64,000 nt of DNA, taken from the IMG/VR virus record IMGVR_UViG_3300037722_001090. One strand, 5' to 3'. The notes under the pieces are model-generated. The model was not told the DNA's origin. It worked only from the letters and a program-made list of their open reading frames with translations, and did no database searches. This document shows, piece by piece, positions 38,040 to 48,323 of the stretch (position 1 is the first letter of the stretch; each line of letters opens with the position of its first letter). The stretch is from a virus. Its lineage: Duplodnaviria > Caudoviricetes. Position numbers and translations under genes: made by a program.

Positions 38040-39164
38040 CTACTTAAATAAAAATTTAACAATCGTATCAGCACTATTGCGCCATACTTTTTCTAATATA
38101 TCTTTAGACTGAAACTGACCATGTTCTTTACGTAAGCTAAATATAATACCAGTAAAAGGAGTTTTAACTGGCGTATCTTTAGTTACAAAAATAGCAAAAG
38201 ATTTTTGATCTTCATACACCTGAGAAAACGACCAAACAAAGTACAAATCAAGATATGCCATTTGCATCTTAGCTTTAACTTCAGCCATTATATCTGCTAC
38301 TTCAGGAAAATAAGTAAGAACTTCATCTTCTTCGCCTGCAAGAATAAAAGGAATAATATTTTTAGGAAGAAAAATATTATCATTACCCTTAAGCTGATGT
38401 AGCGCAACGTATGTTTTGCTTTTAATTTTCATTCGCAAACCATTTACATCACGAACAACGATACCTTCAAAAGTAGGATCCGACTCTTCTTTCTCATTCA
38501 GAAAAGCAATAACCTCATCAGTATCTTTAAATTTATGAGATTCTGGTCTTTTAAAGTTATGTACTTTTGCGATTACATCGCATAGCCTTGTACTAAATTC
38601 AAGAAGCAATTCATCATATATATGAAATATAGTCAGTAAAATTGCTTTAGATTCAGGATATAGTCGAACTATTTTATTCCATATAGAACAAAACTCAAAT
38701 ACAAGACAAATATCATCCGCAGCCGTAATCTCGTCTGCAGTTTTACCAAGAGCTTCCCAAAAAAATTCAGCCCAAGTCTTACCGCATTCATGAATATTAT
38801 ATTCAGCAAAAGAACCACGAGTATTTACTCTCCAAGTTCCATTATAGTTATATAGAAGAATCAAAGATCCATCTTCTTTATCAAGAGCAGTAGATCCTTC
38901 CCAAACAAATTTATTAGTAATTTCAAGAGCTTCACCGGCATTAAAGAAGCGATTAAAAGCTTTAGCTACAACTTTCCATGTATCTATCTCAAGGACAAGT
39001 CCACGACATTCCATAACAATTGGAAGCATTTTTTGAGATTCAATTTGGTCATAATTAAGGATAACTAAAGGATCTACTGGATGCTTAACCACTTTAATTC
39101 CAAAATGAACAGTAAGGTCTTCCAAAGTCTTACCGTTAAGCAAATATTCTTGTACATGTAACAT
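38040..39164 (-). CDS. T4 Rnl1-like RNA ligase
   Basis: ECRGLV, F.RFFN.GE, KEDGSL, FEFCS..N.IV..Y, EGIVV, KIKS. Confidence 0.88.
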   Translation of the reverse strand: MLHVQEYLLNGKTLEDLTVHFGIKVVKHPVDPLVILNYDQIESQKMLPIVMECRGLVLEIDTWKVVAKAFNRFFNAGEALEITNKFVWEGSTALDKEDGSLILLYNYNGTWRVNTRGSFAEYNIHECGKTWAEFFWEALGKTADEITAADDICLVFEFCSIWNKIVRLYPESKAILLTIFHIYDELLLEFSTRLCDVIAKVHNFKRPESHKFKDTDEVIAFLNEKEESDPTFEGIVVRDVNGLRMKIKSKTYVALHQLKGNDNIFLPKNIIPFILAGEEDEVLTYFPEVADIMAEVKAKMQMAYLDLYFVWSFSQVYEDQKSFAIFVTKDTPVKTPFTGIIFSLRKEHGQFQSKDILEKVWRNSADTIVKFLFK

Positions 39165-39318
39165 AATTAGTCCCTTAAAATCTGAATGTAGCACAAATAT
39201 TAATACCTGCAGCAAAAATCCAATAAAGAGACATCCTAATATCTCCTTTTATCAAATACGTAATACTAGCTATAGTCATTAATGTTATGATAATTAAAGG
39301 AAAGATCTTTTCCATAAG

Positions 39319-39846
39319 TTAAATTACTTTCAAAAACCTACTGACAAGTTCCATATCATCAAACACATCATTGCCTGCAGAGTTATTTCGTATTACATAA
39401 GCAGGATGCCATGTAGCCATTAATGGAACACCTTGGTATGAATGCCATTTACCTCGCAATACAGAAATAGCATTACTTTTACCACTTAAGAACTGAGCAG
39501 CAAACTTACCAAGTGTAATAATGACCTTAGGTTTAACCTCTGCTATTTGACTAATAAGGTAAGGAGTACAGGCAGATATTTCATCAGGCTCAGGATTTCT
39601 ATTGCTAGGAGGTCTACATTTACAAATATTAGCAATATAAACATCTTCTCTCTTAACACCAAGAACTTTAATATATTTATCTAACATCTTACCTGATTGC
39701 CCACAGAAAGGCACACCAGTAGCATCCTCAGTAGCCCCAGGAGCCTCTCCAACGAACATAATGTCAGCAGTAATACTACCGCTACCAATTACAATATTAG
39801 TTCGTGTGTTATGAAGTTTACATTTCTTACAGTCTGTAATTATCAT
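39319..39846 (-). CDS. uracil-DNA glycosylase family 4
   Basis: CKKC Fe-S, VGEAPG..ED..G.PF.G.SG, KCRPPSNR, WHPAY. Confidence 0.93.
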   Translation of the reverse strand: MIITDCKKCKLHNTRTNIVIGSGSITADIMFVGEAPGATEDATGVPFCGQSGKMLDKYIKVLGVKREDVYIANICKCRPPSNRNPEPDEISACTPYLISQIAEVKPKVIITLGKFAAQFLSGKSNAISVLRGKWHSYQGVPLMATWHPAYVIRNNSAGNDVFDDMELVSRFLKVI

Positions 39847-40148
39847 CTTATCACCACCTAAAGCAAATACTAGTATATGGATCTCTTTGATCACCATGTG
39901 AAACTTCTACTGTATATCCATCTACTTTAAGTAATGTTTTTACAAGTGCTTCCTGAGTATAACTTAAACGGATAGGATTAGTTCCTGTAGTAGCCCAACT
40001 GCCAAGCGAAATACTGGTTTTACCGGCTTTAGCAGCATCTATAATTCTATCATTAAGCCATTCCATGAATAGCTTTATATTATTATTATCTACATTTTTT
40101 GATAATTCTTTAGCCATAGATGCTTTAATCATGTCCTTCTCCAATATT

Positions 40149-41579
40149 TTACAGTTTATTTTTATCAAATACAGGACGTAGACTTTCAACCCTAGGACAA
40201 GACATAACTCCTTCATCCTTAGTGAATTCTTGGCTTGTACAAATAACAATGCGATTCATAAAAGAGTCAGGATCAGCAGCAAACTCAAGCTTAAATGCTC
40301 TAGTCAACAATTTACCAGTACCAACGCCCGATCTCTTAAGTTCGCCTCTGTCATTAATATACTCAACAATAAGCCTCCCAAGCATAGGAGGATATGGAGT
40401 ACCATCAGTCTTATAAGATGTTTTAGCTACTTCCCAACCTACAATCTTACAGTCAACAGGTTCAGTTTTACATTTAATCTTGATCTGACTATTGTCTTTA
40501 GTAAATCCATACTTGCCATTACCAGCCTTAAGGACAATACCCTCTTTACCTTCAGAGATAAGCTTATTGGCAATAACATAAGCTTCTGCTTTATTGGAAA
40601 CCTTCTCACCAACAACAATAGCAAGTCTTTGGTTATTTATAATCATTGGCTGGACAGTAGTGAGTAGATACTCTCTTCTAACATCATATTCATCAGGAAT
40701 TGATTCAGAATCAAACTCATCTCTATCAAGAATTTCAAAGATTTTTACTTTAATTCTAGAGGCAATATCTTCCATCTCAGCTTTACGCTTAAGATATTTA
40801 GCCCAGCCAGAGCCAACCTTGCCAGTTTTACCTTTAAAATCATTTTCAGTTTTAGTAAAATCAAAACCAGAAAAAGATTGAATTTCTTCTAGATTATCAT
40901 CACATTCTACTTCACAATCTACAACTTTATTCTTAAGATTAAGTTTCTCGATAAAAGTATTTAGAAAACTAAAGTTTTCAATAGGCAAACCAGATCTTCC
41001 AATAGGAGACTTTAGTTCACAGAATGGAGTTCTATCAATCCTACCATCAGTATCAGTATACCAAAAAGTCCTGAAGCCATTAATCTTATGTCCAGGATAT
41101 GCCCCTCTTGTATAATCCATCTTATCAATAGATGCTTCAGATTTAGCACCAGAACAATTAAAGTCAAGGATTAACTTTTCTTCAAATGCAGCATTAACAA
41201 TAGCACCACCAATACCAATACTGGCAAGATCTTTCTGAAGACATTTAACATACCATTTCTTTTCATAATTAGTACAAGTAATAAGAAAGTTATTAATTGC
41301 ACCAAGAGCATTATGTCCAGTGAGAGATCTATTTCTAAGGCTATTAGTTAATATTACAAAATTATCCCACGTACTAAGACCCATTTTCCCAAGATAAGTT
41401 TCATTATCTACAGGTTTAATCTCTTTAATGCCAAACGTAACACGATCATCCATCGCCAAATAAAGAAACTCTTTAAGATGAGCAGTTTCTGCATTATCTT
41501 TCAAGAGCTTTTTTTTATCATTAGTTCCAGTTGTTTTTTCTAACTCTTCAAGTATACGAATAAACGGATTTCTTAGCAT
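40149..41579 (-). CDS. ATP-dependent DNA ligase
   Basis: T4-like N-terminal domain, HKINGFR (motif I variant), EGIVLK, KIK, OB domain GVGTG. Confidence 0.82.
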   Translation of the reverse strand: MLRNPFIRILEELEKTTGTNDKKKLLKDNAETAHLKEFLYLAMDDRVTFGIKEIKPVDNETYLGKMGLSTWDNFVILTNSLRNRSLTGHNALGAINNFLITCTNYEKKWYVKCLQKDLASIGIGGAIVNAAFEEKLILDFNCSGAKSEASIDKMDYTRGAYPGHKINGFRTFWYTDTDGRIDRTPFCELKSPIGRSGLPIENFSFLNTFIEKLNLKNKVVDCEVECDDNLEEIQSFSGFDFTKTENDFKGKTGKVGSGWAKYLKRKAEMEDIASRIKVKIFEILDRDEFDSESIPDEYDVRREYLLTTVQPMIINNQRLAIVVGEKVSNKAEAYVIANKLISEGKEGIVLKAGNGKYGFTKDNSQIKIKCKTEPVDCKIVGWEVAKTSYKTDGTPYPPMLGRLIVEYINDRGELKRSGVGTGKLLTRAFKLEFAADPDSFMNRIVICTSQEFTKDEGVMSCPRVESLRPVFDKNKL

Positions 41580-41606
41580 ATAAATAATTCCTTATGTTTT
41601 TAATAG

Positions 41607-41689
41607 TAGCCGGAGAGAGACTCGAACTCTCAATCCGCAAGGGCAAGGGATTTTAAGTCCCTCGTGTATCGCCATTCCACCACCCGGCC
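41607..41689 (-). tRNA. tRNA-Leu(TAA)
   Basis: class II cloverleaf, CCA not encoded. Confidence 0.88.
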
Positions 41690-41696
41690 ATTGTAT

Positions 41697-42086
41697 TTAA
41701 ACTCTATAGACAAATACTTTTAACCCAAGAGCTTTAGCATTTGCAATCATATTTTTTGTACCAGGACTAACACCATCCCAAATAGCAATAAGCGCTTCAG
41801 CATTTTCAGCCATCAACTTATTACGCCTAAGTCCAGCATAAGCATCATACTTTTTACCGAATTTATTAACTTTAACTCTAGCATCAGGATGATTAATATC
41901 ATCCCATTTAGCAGGATAAGGATCAACTACTACGTTATTCTCCTTTGCCCATACTTCACCAAGTGTATCAACTCCAGGTGCACGGCCACTAACTACGCAT
42001 GAAACATCAAAACCTGAAGCCTTAATAGCCTCTCTAATAGCATCTAAGCTTACAATACTTCTACTTCCAGCGATAATAGTCTTCAT
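41697..42086 (-). CDS. SLOG/YspA-like protein (DUF2493)
   Basis: IIAGSR, SG.APGVD.LGE.WA, AG..RN..M, WDG.S.GT..MI. Confidence 0.85.
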   Translation of the reverse strand: MKTIIAGSRSIVSLDAIREAIKASGFDVSCVVSGRAPGVDTLGEVWAKENNVVVDPYPAKWDDINHPDARVKVNKFGKKYDAYAGLRRNKLMAENAEALIAIWDGVSPGTKNMIANAKALGLKVFVYRV

Positions 42087-42326
42087 TAATCCTCCATCAT
42101 TACTTTAAGATCAGCATCACAATATTTACACTCTTCAGCAGCTTTATGCCAAACAACTTCCCATCTACCTTTATTTTTAGGTAGAATATGAGCATTGTTA
42201 CCAGCATCTATTTGTGTTCTTTTAATTACAAGTGCTAGCATTTCACTTTTAACGTTAGCTCTAAGGTGAATGACCTTGGCTTTAGGTAGTTCAATATCCA
42301 TATTTTTATTCCTATAGAGTTTAAAA

Positions 42327-42362
42327 TGGTGCCCCTGGTAGGATTCGAACCTACGACAAGTG
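42327..42362 (-). pseudogene. 3' half of an interrupted tRNA
   Basis: GTAGG-TTCGAAT-CCTAC-CAGGGGC-A-CCA; acceptor strand pairs with the 5' half at 43085-43117. Confidence 0.78.
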
Positions 42363-42363
42363 A

Positions 42364-42373
42364 GTTAATAACA
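42364..42373 (+). promoter_or_regulatory. GTTAATAACA variant motif upstream of endonuclease gene
   Basis: one-base variant. Confidence 0.55.
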
Positions 42374-42408
42374 AATATGATTTCGAATCATAAAATAAAG
42401 GAGCTACC

Positions 42409-42987
42409 ATGTTAGTAAAATGTAAAAATTGCAATAAAGAATTTGATAAAATACCAAGTCAAATTGCAAAATCTAAAAATAATTTTTGTTCTAAATCATG
42501 TAGTGCAACATTTAACAATAAAGGTAAGCAGCGTAATCCACCAAAGATAAGAATTTGTAGACAATGTAGTTTAACATATACGTATAAGCGAAAAGAAAAC
42601 ACATTAACTTTTTGCTCTAACTGCCTTAATACACTTAAAATAGATCGCAATAAAAACATAAGTTTTGTTTCAGAACAAATTAAGCAACTCACAATTGGAG
42701 AATATCGAAATAAAGAATCCGTAAAAAGCAAACACCCATCATGGAAACATGCTCATATTCGTATACTTAATAGATCGTGGAATGCAGATTTAACTAAAAT
42801 ACCATGTCAAAACTGTAAATATGATAAACATATTGAACTATGCCATATTAAATCTGTAGCATCATTTAAAGACAATGCAGTGCTATTAGAAGTTAATAGT
42901 CCAGATAATAATCTTGTACTTTGCAGAAATTGTCATTGGGAGCTTGATAATAATATTATTAAGATTGAAGATATACCTAAAAGATAA
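42409..42987 (+). CDS. HNH endonuclease with zinc-finger repeats
   Basis: CKNC, FCSKSC, CQNC...HIELCHIK...NNLVLCRNCHWE. Confidence 0.85.
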   Translation: MLVKCKNCNKEFDKIPSQIAKSKNNFCSKSCSATFNNKGKQRNPPKIRICRQCSLTYTYKRKENTLTFCSNCLNTLKIDRNKNISFVSEQIKQLTIGEYRNKESVKSKHPSWKHAHIRILNRSWNADLTKIPCQNCKYDKHIELCHIKSVASFKDNAVLLEVNSPDNNLVLCRNCHWELDNNIIKIEDIPKR

Positions 42988-42990
42988 TAA

Positions 42991-43075
42991 TGGAGCGCCC
43001 TGGAGGAATCGAACCTCTCACATCCATCCAACTTTTTATGTACGGGTTTAGAAGACCCGTGTTGGAGCAGGGCGC
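42991..43075 (-). tRNA. non-canonical tRNA-like RNA with UCU (Arg) loop and no D arm
   Basis: GCGCCCTG/CAGGGCGC, ACGGGT-CTTCTAA-ACCCGT, T arm, CCA; TCCAAC/GTTGGA helix instead of a D arm. Confidence 0.6.
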
Positions 43076-43084
43076 ACTACCTTA

Positions 43085-43117
43085 AACCTTCTGCTCTATC
43101 CGCTGAGCTACAGAGGC
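43085..43117 (-). pseudogene. 5' half of an interrupted tRNA
   Basis: GCCTCTG-TA-GCTC-AGCGGATA-GAGC-A-GAAGG-TT. Confidence 0.78.
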
Positions 43118-43132
43118 ACATCAATTATATAG

Positions 43133-43771
43133 CTATCGCCAATTAATAGCACTCCAATGAAAAGGAGAACTGGGGAACTTAGGTTGATCAAGTTTTATAA
43201 AATCAGAATTCTGAGGAACTGGTAGTTTCATGCTTAGTTTTTCCAGAACTTTTCTTGTAATATTCATAGCGACAGAATCATCACACAATATATTTTCAAA
43301 CGGCATACCATGATGAATTAAAAGCTTACTTATTTCAATATCAATTTGCTTTGCTTCTTCTTCAGTCTGCATGCGACCTTTTGGATTATATTCTTTTTGC
43401 CTCTTAAGAAAAATATTCATATTATTGAATGAATTAAATAGTCCAATTACCATACCTTCAAAATGTTCAATAACATCAGGCTCACTAGTAGGTGTCTTGC
43501 TCCTCTTATTATAATACAAAGATAGCAAAAGAGGAGAATCTGTTACAATAACATCAAGTTGATTTAGCAACCTAAATTGCCTATGATATTGCTTTGCTGT
43601 AATATACAATTGGTTATCAAGCATATTAAAATGCTTATCCCATACTTTTTCTTTAGCATATTCAGTAACAAGCTCTGCATTTAAACCAGCCTTCTTAAGC
43701 ATACTATAAACTTCAGCAGCCGTTGTACTTTTGCCTGTTCCAGGCCCTCCATACAGATTTACAACTAACAT
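43133..43771 (-). CDS. NadR-like AAA/kinase (AAA_28)
   Basis: GGPGTGKST, VTEYAK..W, VTDSPLL, R.QTEEEA. Confidence 0.8.
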   Translation of the reverse strand: MLVVNLYGGPGTGKSTTAAEVYSMLKKAGLNAELVTEYAKEKVWDKHFNMLDNQLYITAKQYHRQFRLLNQLDVIVTDSPLLLSLYYNKRSKTPTSEPDVIEHFEGMVIGLFNSFNNMNIFLKRQKEYNPKGRMQTEEEAKQIDIEISKLLIHHGMPFENILCDDSVAMNITRKVLEKLSMKLPVPQNSDFIKLDQPKFPSSPFHWSAINWR

Positions 43772-44326
43772 ATTATAAATCCCCTTTCTATACAGACAGG
43801 ACATTTCTTTTCATGAAAATTTTTAGTCCAATTACAACTAGTTTTTTGTGGTCTATTACTCTCATGTCCAAGTGGACATGCCTCTACATATGGTTCATGT
43901 CGATAGCCGCCATATAAAGCACATTGACTGTGTGTACTCTCCCCAAATTCATTAGCAAGAAGTCTGCACTGATCTGTCATTGAATTACAACTCATATAGT
44001 AAGTATGTTCACAAGTCATTATAGTCACTCTTATTTTTCAAAGATAGGGTTAAACAATATAATATAACAACTGCCATCACCAAGCCTACCAAAAGACCAT
44101 GATGCATCAACAATAAACTCACCAAGAACAATAATAAGCCTTTTAGTAATTTTATTTTTTACTTCAACAAGTAAAGGTGTATATTCTTCTATGTCTTTTT
44201 TCTTAGCTTTTTCTCTAAAGCAATAATCACCATTAACATGCTTTTGATAATCAATAGCTTTGTCAATATCTGCTTCAATGCCGAGACCCTTAGCTAATAT
44301 GTAAAGCTTTTCTACCTTAACGCCTT

Positions 44327-45751
44327 TCATAGTAACTCCGCAGCAAGTTCTGCCAGCTCACTTCTTTCACCTTTAGTCAAAATAATATGTGCAGCAATTT
44401 TTTCGTTTTTAAATCTTTCAGCAACATACGTAAGTCCATTACTAGAAGAATCAACGTAAGGGTTATCAATCTGATACGGGTCGCCAGTAAGAATAATCTT
44501 AGTACCTTCACCTGCTCTTGTAATAATAGTTTTAACCTCGTGAGGGGTCAAATTCTGCGCCTCATCAACGATAAAATACTGCTTAGGGATAGACCTACCT
44601 CTGATAAAAGAAAGCGCTCCTACCTCAAGTTTACCTATTGCCTGAAGATAATCAACAGGACTCATATTGCCAGCCTCTTTATCGAAACTGCCTTTATGTA
44701 GAATCTTATTATCTGCTTTACCTAGGATTACTTCGATATTATCCCAAATAGGTTGCATCCAAGGAGCCATCTTTTCATTAAGTGTACCAGGCAAAAATCC
44801 AATATCTTGTTTTCCAAGAGAAATGACAGGTCTAGTTACAAGAACGCGATCAAAAGTATCAGTTTCCGTAGCACCGTAAAGTCCAGCAGCAATAGCCATT
44901 AAAGTTTTACCTGTGCCTGCTTTACCAATTAAAGTTACTAGCTTAATATTCGGATCAAGAAGCAAGTCCATAGCAAAGCGCTGTTCTCTATTCCTAGGAA
45001 TCAATCCAGAAGGAGCATTATCTTTTGTAATATCTGTAATCCGACAAAGAATATCTAAGGATGAATCATAGCGAGTAAGAACTGAATGCTTTGGATCTAC
45101 CGAAGATACCAAAGTAACACATTCATTAGGAGAAAAAAGAACACTGCTGTTGTCATGTGTAATAACACCCAGTTCCGAAATAATTTCCAGTTCCGAAACA
45201 CGAACACATCCATCACCATCTTTTTTATAGAGATCATCAATTTGCGCACCATTAACTCCTAACTGTGAATGTCCAGTAAAAAGAGTATCTATACTAACTC
45301 TATCATTATGATATACTTCAGAGAGAATACCAATAGCATTAGCTTTAATTCTAGCATTAGCATCATTAGAGACAAAGACAACTTTTACATCAGAATTACC
45401 ATAAACAGAAGTAGAGTAATAATGAGCAACAGCAATAATTCTATTATCAGCAACAATCTGTGAAAGCTCCCTTGGCATACCATCAAAATAAGCGGTAGGA
45501 CAAAAAGAAATTTTCAGATTACCACCACTCTTAAGGTCTACCCCTGTATCTAGCTGGCCTTCTGCGCGGAGAGAATCAAGATTTCTACCAGTCTCTCTAG
45601 CATTACGGCCAATCTCATTCATTTCACTTTTAAAGTTATCAATCTCCTCAATAACAGTAATAGGAATAATAATATCATTATCATTAAACCTAAAAATAGC
45701 ATTAGGGTCATGAAGTAAAACATTTGTATCTAGCACAAAGACCTTTTTCAT
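44327..45751 (-). CDS. phoH: PhoH-like protein with N-terminal PIN domain
   Basis: VLDTNVLLHDP, GKAGTGKT, IRGRS, DEAQN, GDPYQID. Confidence 0.93.
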   Translation of the reverse strand: MKKVFVLDTNVLLHDPNAIFRFNDNDIIIPITVIEEIDNFKSEMNEIGRNARETGRNLDSLRAEGQLDTGVDLKSGGNLKISFCPTAYFDGMPRELSQIVADNRIIAVAHYYSTSVYGNSDVKVVFVSNDANARIKANAIGILSEVYHNDRVSIDTLFTGHSQLGVNGAQIDDLYKKDGDGCVRVSELEIISELGVITHDNSSVLFSPNECVTLVSSVDPKHSVLTRYDSSLDILCRITDITKDNAPSGLIPRNREQRFAMDLLLDPNIKLVTLIGKAGTGKTLMAIAAGLYGATETDTFDRVLVTRPVISLGKQDIGFLPGTLNEKMAPWMQPIWDNIEVILGKADNKILHKGSFDKEAGNMSPVDYLQAIGKLEVGALSFIRGRSIPKQYFIVDEAQNLTPHEVKTIITRAGEGTKIILTGDPYQIDNPYVDSSSNGLTYVAERFKNEKIAAHIILTKGERSELAELAAELL

Positions 45752-45765
45752 ATCAGGTCCTTTCA

Positions 45766-46242
45766 TTATTTGGATTGTTTTAAAAACAAAGAAACATTTT
45801 CTGGAACATATTGATCAATATTTTTACCATGCTTACGTAACTCTCTTACAAGTGAAGAGCTTATAGTCTTATAAAATCCATTTGAATTTATAAAAACAGT
45901 ATAAGCATTACCGATATTATGATTAATATCAGCAAGTCTAGATTCTTCAATCATATCTTGAGTATCACGAACACCACGAACAATATATTTGATATTATTC
46001 TCTTTCATGAAATCAACAACAAGATTATCAGTAGAAACTATCTCAATTATATCACACGGTATTTGTCTATAATATTGTTTAATAAGTTCAATCCGTGATG
46101 TTTCACAAAGCATATACTTTTTGTTAGGATTATTTGCAACAAGAATATATACCTTATCAAATATATTTCTAGCTTGGTGTACAAGCTCAACATGTCCAAC
46201 TGTAAACGGGTCAAATGATCCTGGAAATACACAACTACTCAT
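45766..46242 (-). CDS. coaD: phosphopantetheine adenylyltransferase
   Basis: FPGSFDPFTVGH, VRGVR, ISSSLVRE. Confidence 0.88.
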   Translation of the reverse strand: MSSCVFPGSFDPFTVGHVELVHQARNIFDKVYILVANNPNKKYMLCETSRIELIKQYYRQIPCDIIEIVSTDNLVVDFMKENNIKYIVRGVRDTQDMIEESRLADINHNIGNAYTVFINSNGFYKTISSSLVRELRKHGKNIDQYVPENVSLFLKQSK

Positions 46243-46332
46243 GACTTACCTTTCAAGAATATGATAATAAAATAAGTAATCAGTGCTTGAAATTGACCAA
46301 CGACATTACCAATCCAAAAATCAGGTGATAAC

Positions 46333-46872
46333 TCACTCATCATCTAGGTGTCCTTGTCTAACTAGGCCATCAAGATAGCACCACATATTTTGCTCTTTAG
46401 TATAAATGTCTGCATAAATCTCTTTATCAGGTAAACCAACATAAAGAGTATTTCTAAAATATTCGTATTCTTTATCGTACATAAGCCACTGCTTCTCTTT
46501 CTCGTGTTGAGATTGAGTCATGTTGGCAATACGATCTGCAATTTTCAATATACGACCATTGGTATCTTCAGTAATTAAAGGATAAGTTTTCTCTTGACGC
46601 TCACGTCTATTTTTACCACGCTTATCAGTTACAAGATATACAAGATCAGCAACATCTTTACCAAACTCTTCAAACAAGTCTTCATAGAGACACTCTGTAT
46701 CTTCAAGAATATCATGCAACCAAGAAGCAGTTAGAATTAACTTACTTGTTACACCAAAATACTTAAGTGTATTATATACTTGATTTAAATGAAATGTATA
46801 AGGATAAATTCCATACTTTTGACCTTCATGATATTTAAAGGCAAATTCTTTAGCTTTGATTACAGTTCTCAT
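46333..46872 (-). CDS. HD-domain protein (SpoT/MESH1-like hydrolase)
   Basis: H.GQ.Y...PY..HL, WLHDILEDT, KIADRIAN. Confidence 0.85.
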   Translation of the reverse strand: MRTVIKAKEFAFKYHEGQKYGIYPYTFHLNQVYNTLKYFGVTSKLILTASWLHDILEDTECLYEDLFEEFGKDVADLVYLVTDKRGKNRRERQEKTYPLITEDTNGRILKIADRIANMTQSQHEKEKQWLMYDKEYEYFRNTLYVGLPDKEIYADIYTKEQNMWCYLDGLVRQGHLDDE

Positions 46873-47098
46873 AATTTAACCTTTTAATTATACAGTTTAG
46901 CATTTTCAGAAGGAACTATACATCCATTAGGACAGTCTGTTAAAACTGGATAGTCAATATCCTTAAATATAGTTTTACAATAAATACAATAAGAAATTTT
47001 AGGATTTTCTAGTCTGCATTTATCACAAAAAAAGCCTGAATCTCCATACTCAAACTCTTCCCCACACCTAATACAATCACCAAAATAATCTTGTCTAC

Positions 47099-47797
47099 TC
47101 ATTTTTCTTCCTCTTCAGCCTTATCATATCCAACACGAGTATGATAAATAGAATCAAGCTCACGAGTAAGTTTTTCTCTTACCTTACGTAATGTACCAAC
47201 TTTCATTTCATCTAGTTGTTCATCATCACGAAGATAATCAATAGTAGATGAGACACAGTTAGATTTTTCTTCATGTGATTCAAGTTTTCCTGCTGAATGA
47301 AGAAACTTAGCCTTAGCCTCAATTGAATCAACAATCATTAAAACTGAAGAATAAGGACAATTAGGTTTAGGCCCTTTATAACGATAAGCATGGTCACCAA
47401 TACCAGAATCTTTTACTTTATTATACATAGCCTGAAGAACAGTATCTCCATGGTGACGCGTAATGATTTCAAGAACCTGCCTTGGCATATCTGGTTCTTG
47501 TATAAGAATTGCTACACCATCAGAAGCATGGCGAGTAATAATTTGGAACGATACTTGAGGATCTAGCTTATCATGAGGATTTTCATCAGATATATTTTCA
47601 CTAAAATAGGTAGGATTCCATATCTTTCCAATATCATGATACATAGCTGCTACCTTCATAAGGTCAATATCTAGCTTTAAATCTTTAGCAATTGTTTCAC
47701 ATAAATTAGCTACATTCAAAGAGTGCTGATATGTGCCTGGAGCAATAGTTTTAAATCGCTCTAGTAGTGGATAGCTCGTGTCTAAGAACTTCTTCAT
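47099..47797 (-). CDS. stand-alone HD domain of the 7TM-HD (PgpH-like) family
   Basis: APGTYQHS..VA, YHDIGK...YFSEN...NPHD, HHG, FRY-like AYRYKGPKP, DSIEA. Confidence 0.82.
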   Translation of the reverse strand: MKKFLDTSYPLLERFKTIAPGTYQHSLNVANLCETIAKDLKLDIDLMKVAAMYHDIGKIWNPTYFSENISDENPHDKLDPQVSFQIITRHASDGVAILIQEPDMPRQVLEIITRHHGDTVLQAMYNKVKDSGIGDHAYRYKGPKPNCPYSSVLMIVDSIEAKAKFLHSAGKLESHEEKSNCVSSTIDYLRDDEQLDEMKVGTLRKVREKLTRELDSIYHTRVGYDKAEEEEK

Positions 47798-48304
47798 TTT
47801 TATTTCCCTGCCTTATAATAATAAGGTTTGTGTTCTTAAAAGTCCAAACACAACCACAATCACCACATTCTCTTGCATCTTGTGCATATCCATCGGCATG
47901 CAGGTCTATTTCAACGTGCTCACGATGCTTACAGTTAGGACATTTCATATATTTATTTCTTCTTTTTAGTTTTATCTGCAGGTGTGAGTTTAGAAATAAT
48001 TTGATTAATATTTTCTACAACTTCTAATTCTTTACAGTCAATGAATATTAATTTAGTAGAATCTTCATATGGAACAATTCTAGCAATTAAATCTGCTCTT
48101 TGCCAAAATTTTCTACTTGTAGTACCAGCTGCAGTTCCATGAGTTTTAGGAGACCTATAAAATGTTAACTCTATAAACTTATACATCATTAAGACACGCT
48201 TTCTTTTAATAGTGGAGCTGCCCGGTTTTGAGCCGGGATTTACCAGATTGACATCGGATATCTCCGAAAACTTAAATCGTAATACCACTTATACTACAGC
48301 CCCA

Positions 48305-48323
48305 TGGAAGAGGGTGTGGGATT
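48305..48323 (-). pseudogene. 3' remnant of an interrupted tRNA-Ser-like gene
   Basis: AAT-CCCAC-ACCCTCT-T-CCA pairs with GGAGGGT at 48912-48918. Confidence 0.7.

Noticed and set aside
40149-41579. Inactive DNA ligase because motif I reads KING rather than KxDG
   Set aside because: The catalytic Lys and motifs III-V are retained; a single substitution is not enough to call it dead.
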